The position numbers and the translations under genes were made by a program. Positions 62,201-64,000 of a DNA stretch of 64,000 nt are shown here, piece after piece. Source of the stretch: Naegleria gruberi (lineage: Eukaryota); the NCBI GenBank assembly GCA_000004985.1, contig GG738915.1. One strand, 5' to 3'. The notes below the pieces were generated by a model. The model saw only the letters and a list, made by a program, of their open reading frames with translations, was not told the DNA's origin and did not search any database. How positions within the stretch are numbered: the stretch's first letter is position 1; the number at the start of each line of letters is the position of its first letter.

Positions 62201-64000
62201 NNNNNNNNNNNNNNNNNNNNNNNNNNNNNNNNNNNNNNNNNNNNNNNNNNNNNNNNNNNNNNNNNNNNNNNNNNNNNNNNNNNNNNNNNNNNNNNNNNNN
62301 NNNNNNNNNNNNNNNNNNNNNNNNNNNNNNNNNNNNNNNNNNNNNNNNNNNNNNNNNNNNNNNNNNNNNNNNNNNNNNNNNNNNNNNNNNNNNNNNNNNN
62401 NNNNNNNNNNNNNNNNNNNNNNNNNNNNNNNNNNNNNNNNNNNNNNNNNNNNNNNNNNNNNNNNNNNNNNNNNNNNNNNNNNNNNNNNNNNNNNNNNNNN
62501 NNNNNNNNNNNNNNNNNNNNNNNNNNNNNNNNNNNNNNNNNNNNNNNNNNNNNNNNNNNNNNNNNNNNNNNNNNNNNNNNNNNNNNNNNNNNNNNNNNNN
62601 NNNNNNNNNNNNNNNNNNNNNNNNNNNNNNNNNNNNNNNNNNNNNNNNNNNNNNNNNNNNNNNNNNNNNNNNNNNNNNNNNNNNNNNNNNNNNNNNNNNN
62701 NNNNNNNNNNNNNNNNNNNNNNNNNNNNNNNNNNNNNNNNNNNNNNNNNNNNNNNNNNNNNNNNNNNNNNNNNNNNNNNNNNNNNNNNNNNNNNNNNNNN
62801 NNNNNNNNNNNNNNNNNNNNNNNNNNNNNNNNNNNNNNNNNNNNNNNNNNNNNNNNNNNNNNNNNNNNNNNNNNNNNNNNNNNNNNNNNNNNNNNNNNNN
62901 NNNNNNNNNNNNNNNNNNNNNNNNNNNNNNNNNNNNNNNNNNNNNNNNNNNNNNNNNNNNNNNNNNNNNNNNNNNNNNNNNNNNNNNNNNNNNNNNNNNN
63001 NNNNNNNNNNNNNNNNNNNNNNNNNNNNNNNNNNNNNNNNNNNNNNNNNNNNNNNNNNNNNNNNNNNNNNNNNNNNNNNNNNNNNNNNNNNNNNNNNNNN
63101 NNNNNNNNNNNNNNNNNNNNNNNNNNNNNNNNNNNNNNNNNNNNNNNNNNNNNNNNNNNNNNNNNNNNNNNNNNNNNNNNNNNNNNNNNNNNNNNNNNNN
63201 NNNNNNNNNNNNNNNNNNNNNNNNNNNNNNNNNNNNNNNNNNNNNNNNNNNNNNNNNNNNNNNNNNNNNNNNNNNNNNNNNNNNNNNNNNNNNNNNNNNN
63301 NNNNNNNNNNNNNNNNNNNNNNNNNNNNNNNNNNNNNNNNNNNNNNNNNNNNNNNNNNNNNNNNNNNNNNNNNNNNNNNNNNNNNNNNNNNNNNNNNNNN
63401 NNNNNNNNNNNNNNNNNNNNNNNNNNNNNNNNNNNNNNNNNNNNNNNNNNNNNNNNNNNNNNNNNNNNNNNNNNNNNNNNNNNNNNNNNNNNNNNNNNNN
63501 NNNNNNNNNNNNNNNNNNNNNNNNNNNNNNNNNNNNNNNNNNNNNNNNNNNNNNNNNNNNNNNNNNNNNNNNNNNNNNNNNNNNNNNNNNNNNNNNNNNN
63601 NNNNNNNNNNNNNNNNNNNNNNNNNNNNNNNNNNNNNNNNNNNNNNNNNNNNNNNNNNNNNNNNNNNNNNNNNNNNNNNNNNNNNNNNNNNNNNNNNNNN
63701 NNNNNNNNNNNNNNNNNNNNNNNNNNNNNNNNNNNNNNNNNNNNNNNNNNNNNNNNNNNNNNNNNNNNNNNNNNNNNNNNNNNNNNNNNNNNNNNNNNNN
63801 NNNNNNNNNNNNNNNNNNNNNNNNNNNNNNNNNNNNNNNNNNNNNNNNNNNNNNNNNNNNNNNNNNNNNNNNNNNNNNNNNNNNNNNNNNNNNNNNNNNN
63901 NNNNNNNNNNNNNNNNNNNNNNNNNNNNNNNNNNNNNNNNNNNNNNNNNNNNNNNNNNNNNNNNNNNNNNNNNNNNNNNNNNNNNNNNNNNNNNNNNNNN
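35286..64000. other. assembly gap (28,715 N); no sequence information
   Basis: Continuous run of N characters. Confidence 0.99.

Overview
Only positions 1-35285 carry sequence. Positions 35286-64000 are one continuous N gap, and two smaller N gaps lie at 25435-25588 and 33650-33699. The assembled part is AT-rich eukaryotic nuclear DNA, roughly 35-45% GC in coding regions and about 25% GC between genes, and it is very gene-dense, with intergenic spacers of 50-660 nt. ATG start codons sit behind A-runs, and several genes have a few short introns with canonical GTAAGT donors; some have a tiny first exon. This organisation resembles dictyostelid-type amoebozoans, but I cannot establish the species from sequence alone. 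There is nothing prokaryotic here: no CRISPR array, no rRNA or tRNA found by eye, and no operon-style defence locus.

I can support about 20 protein-coding genes:
- an SDR family oxidoreductase
- a ubiquitin E2 (UBC) with a long RNI-type LRR tail, apparently continuous with a downstream LRR+RRM ORF
- an SLC35/TPT-like transporter
- an F-box/LRR protein and an F-box/WD40 protein
- an F-box + ZZ zinc-finger + chromodomain protein
- an HSL/AADAC-type alpha/beta hydrolase
- a spliced 7TM receptor-like gene and a Frag1/DRAM/Sfk1-like membrane-protein gene
- a PIP5K-type phosphatidylinositol phosphate kinase
- a YKT6 longin-SNARE, truncated by a gap
- several hypothetical proteins

The most interesting structures are:
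1. A candidate autonomous DNA transposon of about 5.5 kb at 26288-31762. It carries an intron-containing Tnp2 (CACTA/En-Spm/KDZ)-like transposase gene and a divergent partner ORF with a possible CENP-B/psq-type helix-turn-helix (HTH) motif at its C-terminus. It is bounded by imperfect inverted repeats of about 75 bp whose 11-nt core is re-inverted between the two copies.
2. A diverged segmental duplication of about 1.5 kb of the 7TM + DRAM-like gene cassette, with copy A around 17534-19004 and copy B at 33700-35285, abutting gaps.
3. A UBC-LRR-RRM gene split by either a 1-nt frameshift or a canonical 23-nt mini-intron. A second candidate intron of 24 nt lies in the transposase gene.

I did not see a novel multi-gene functional system in the prokaryotic sense, and I say so plainly.
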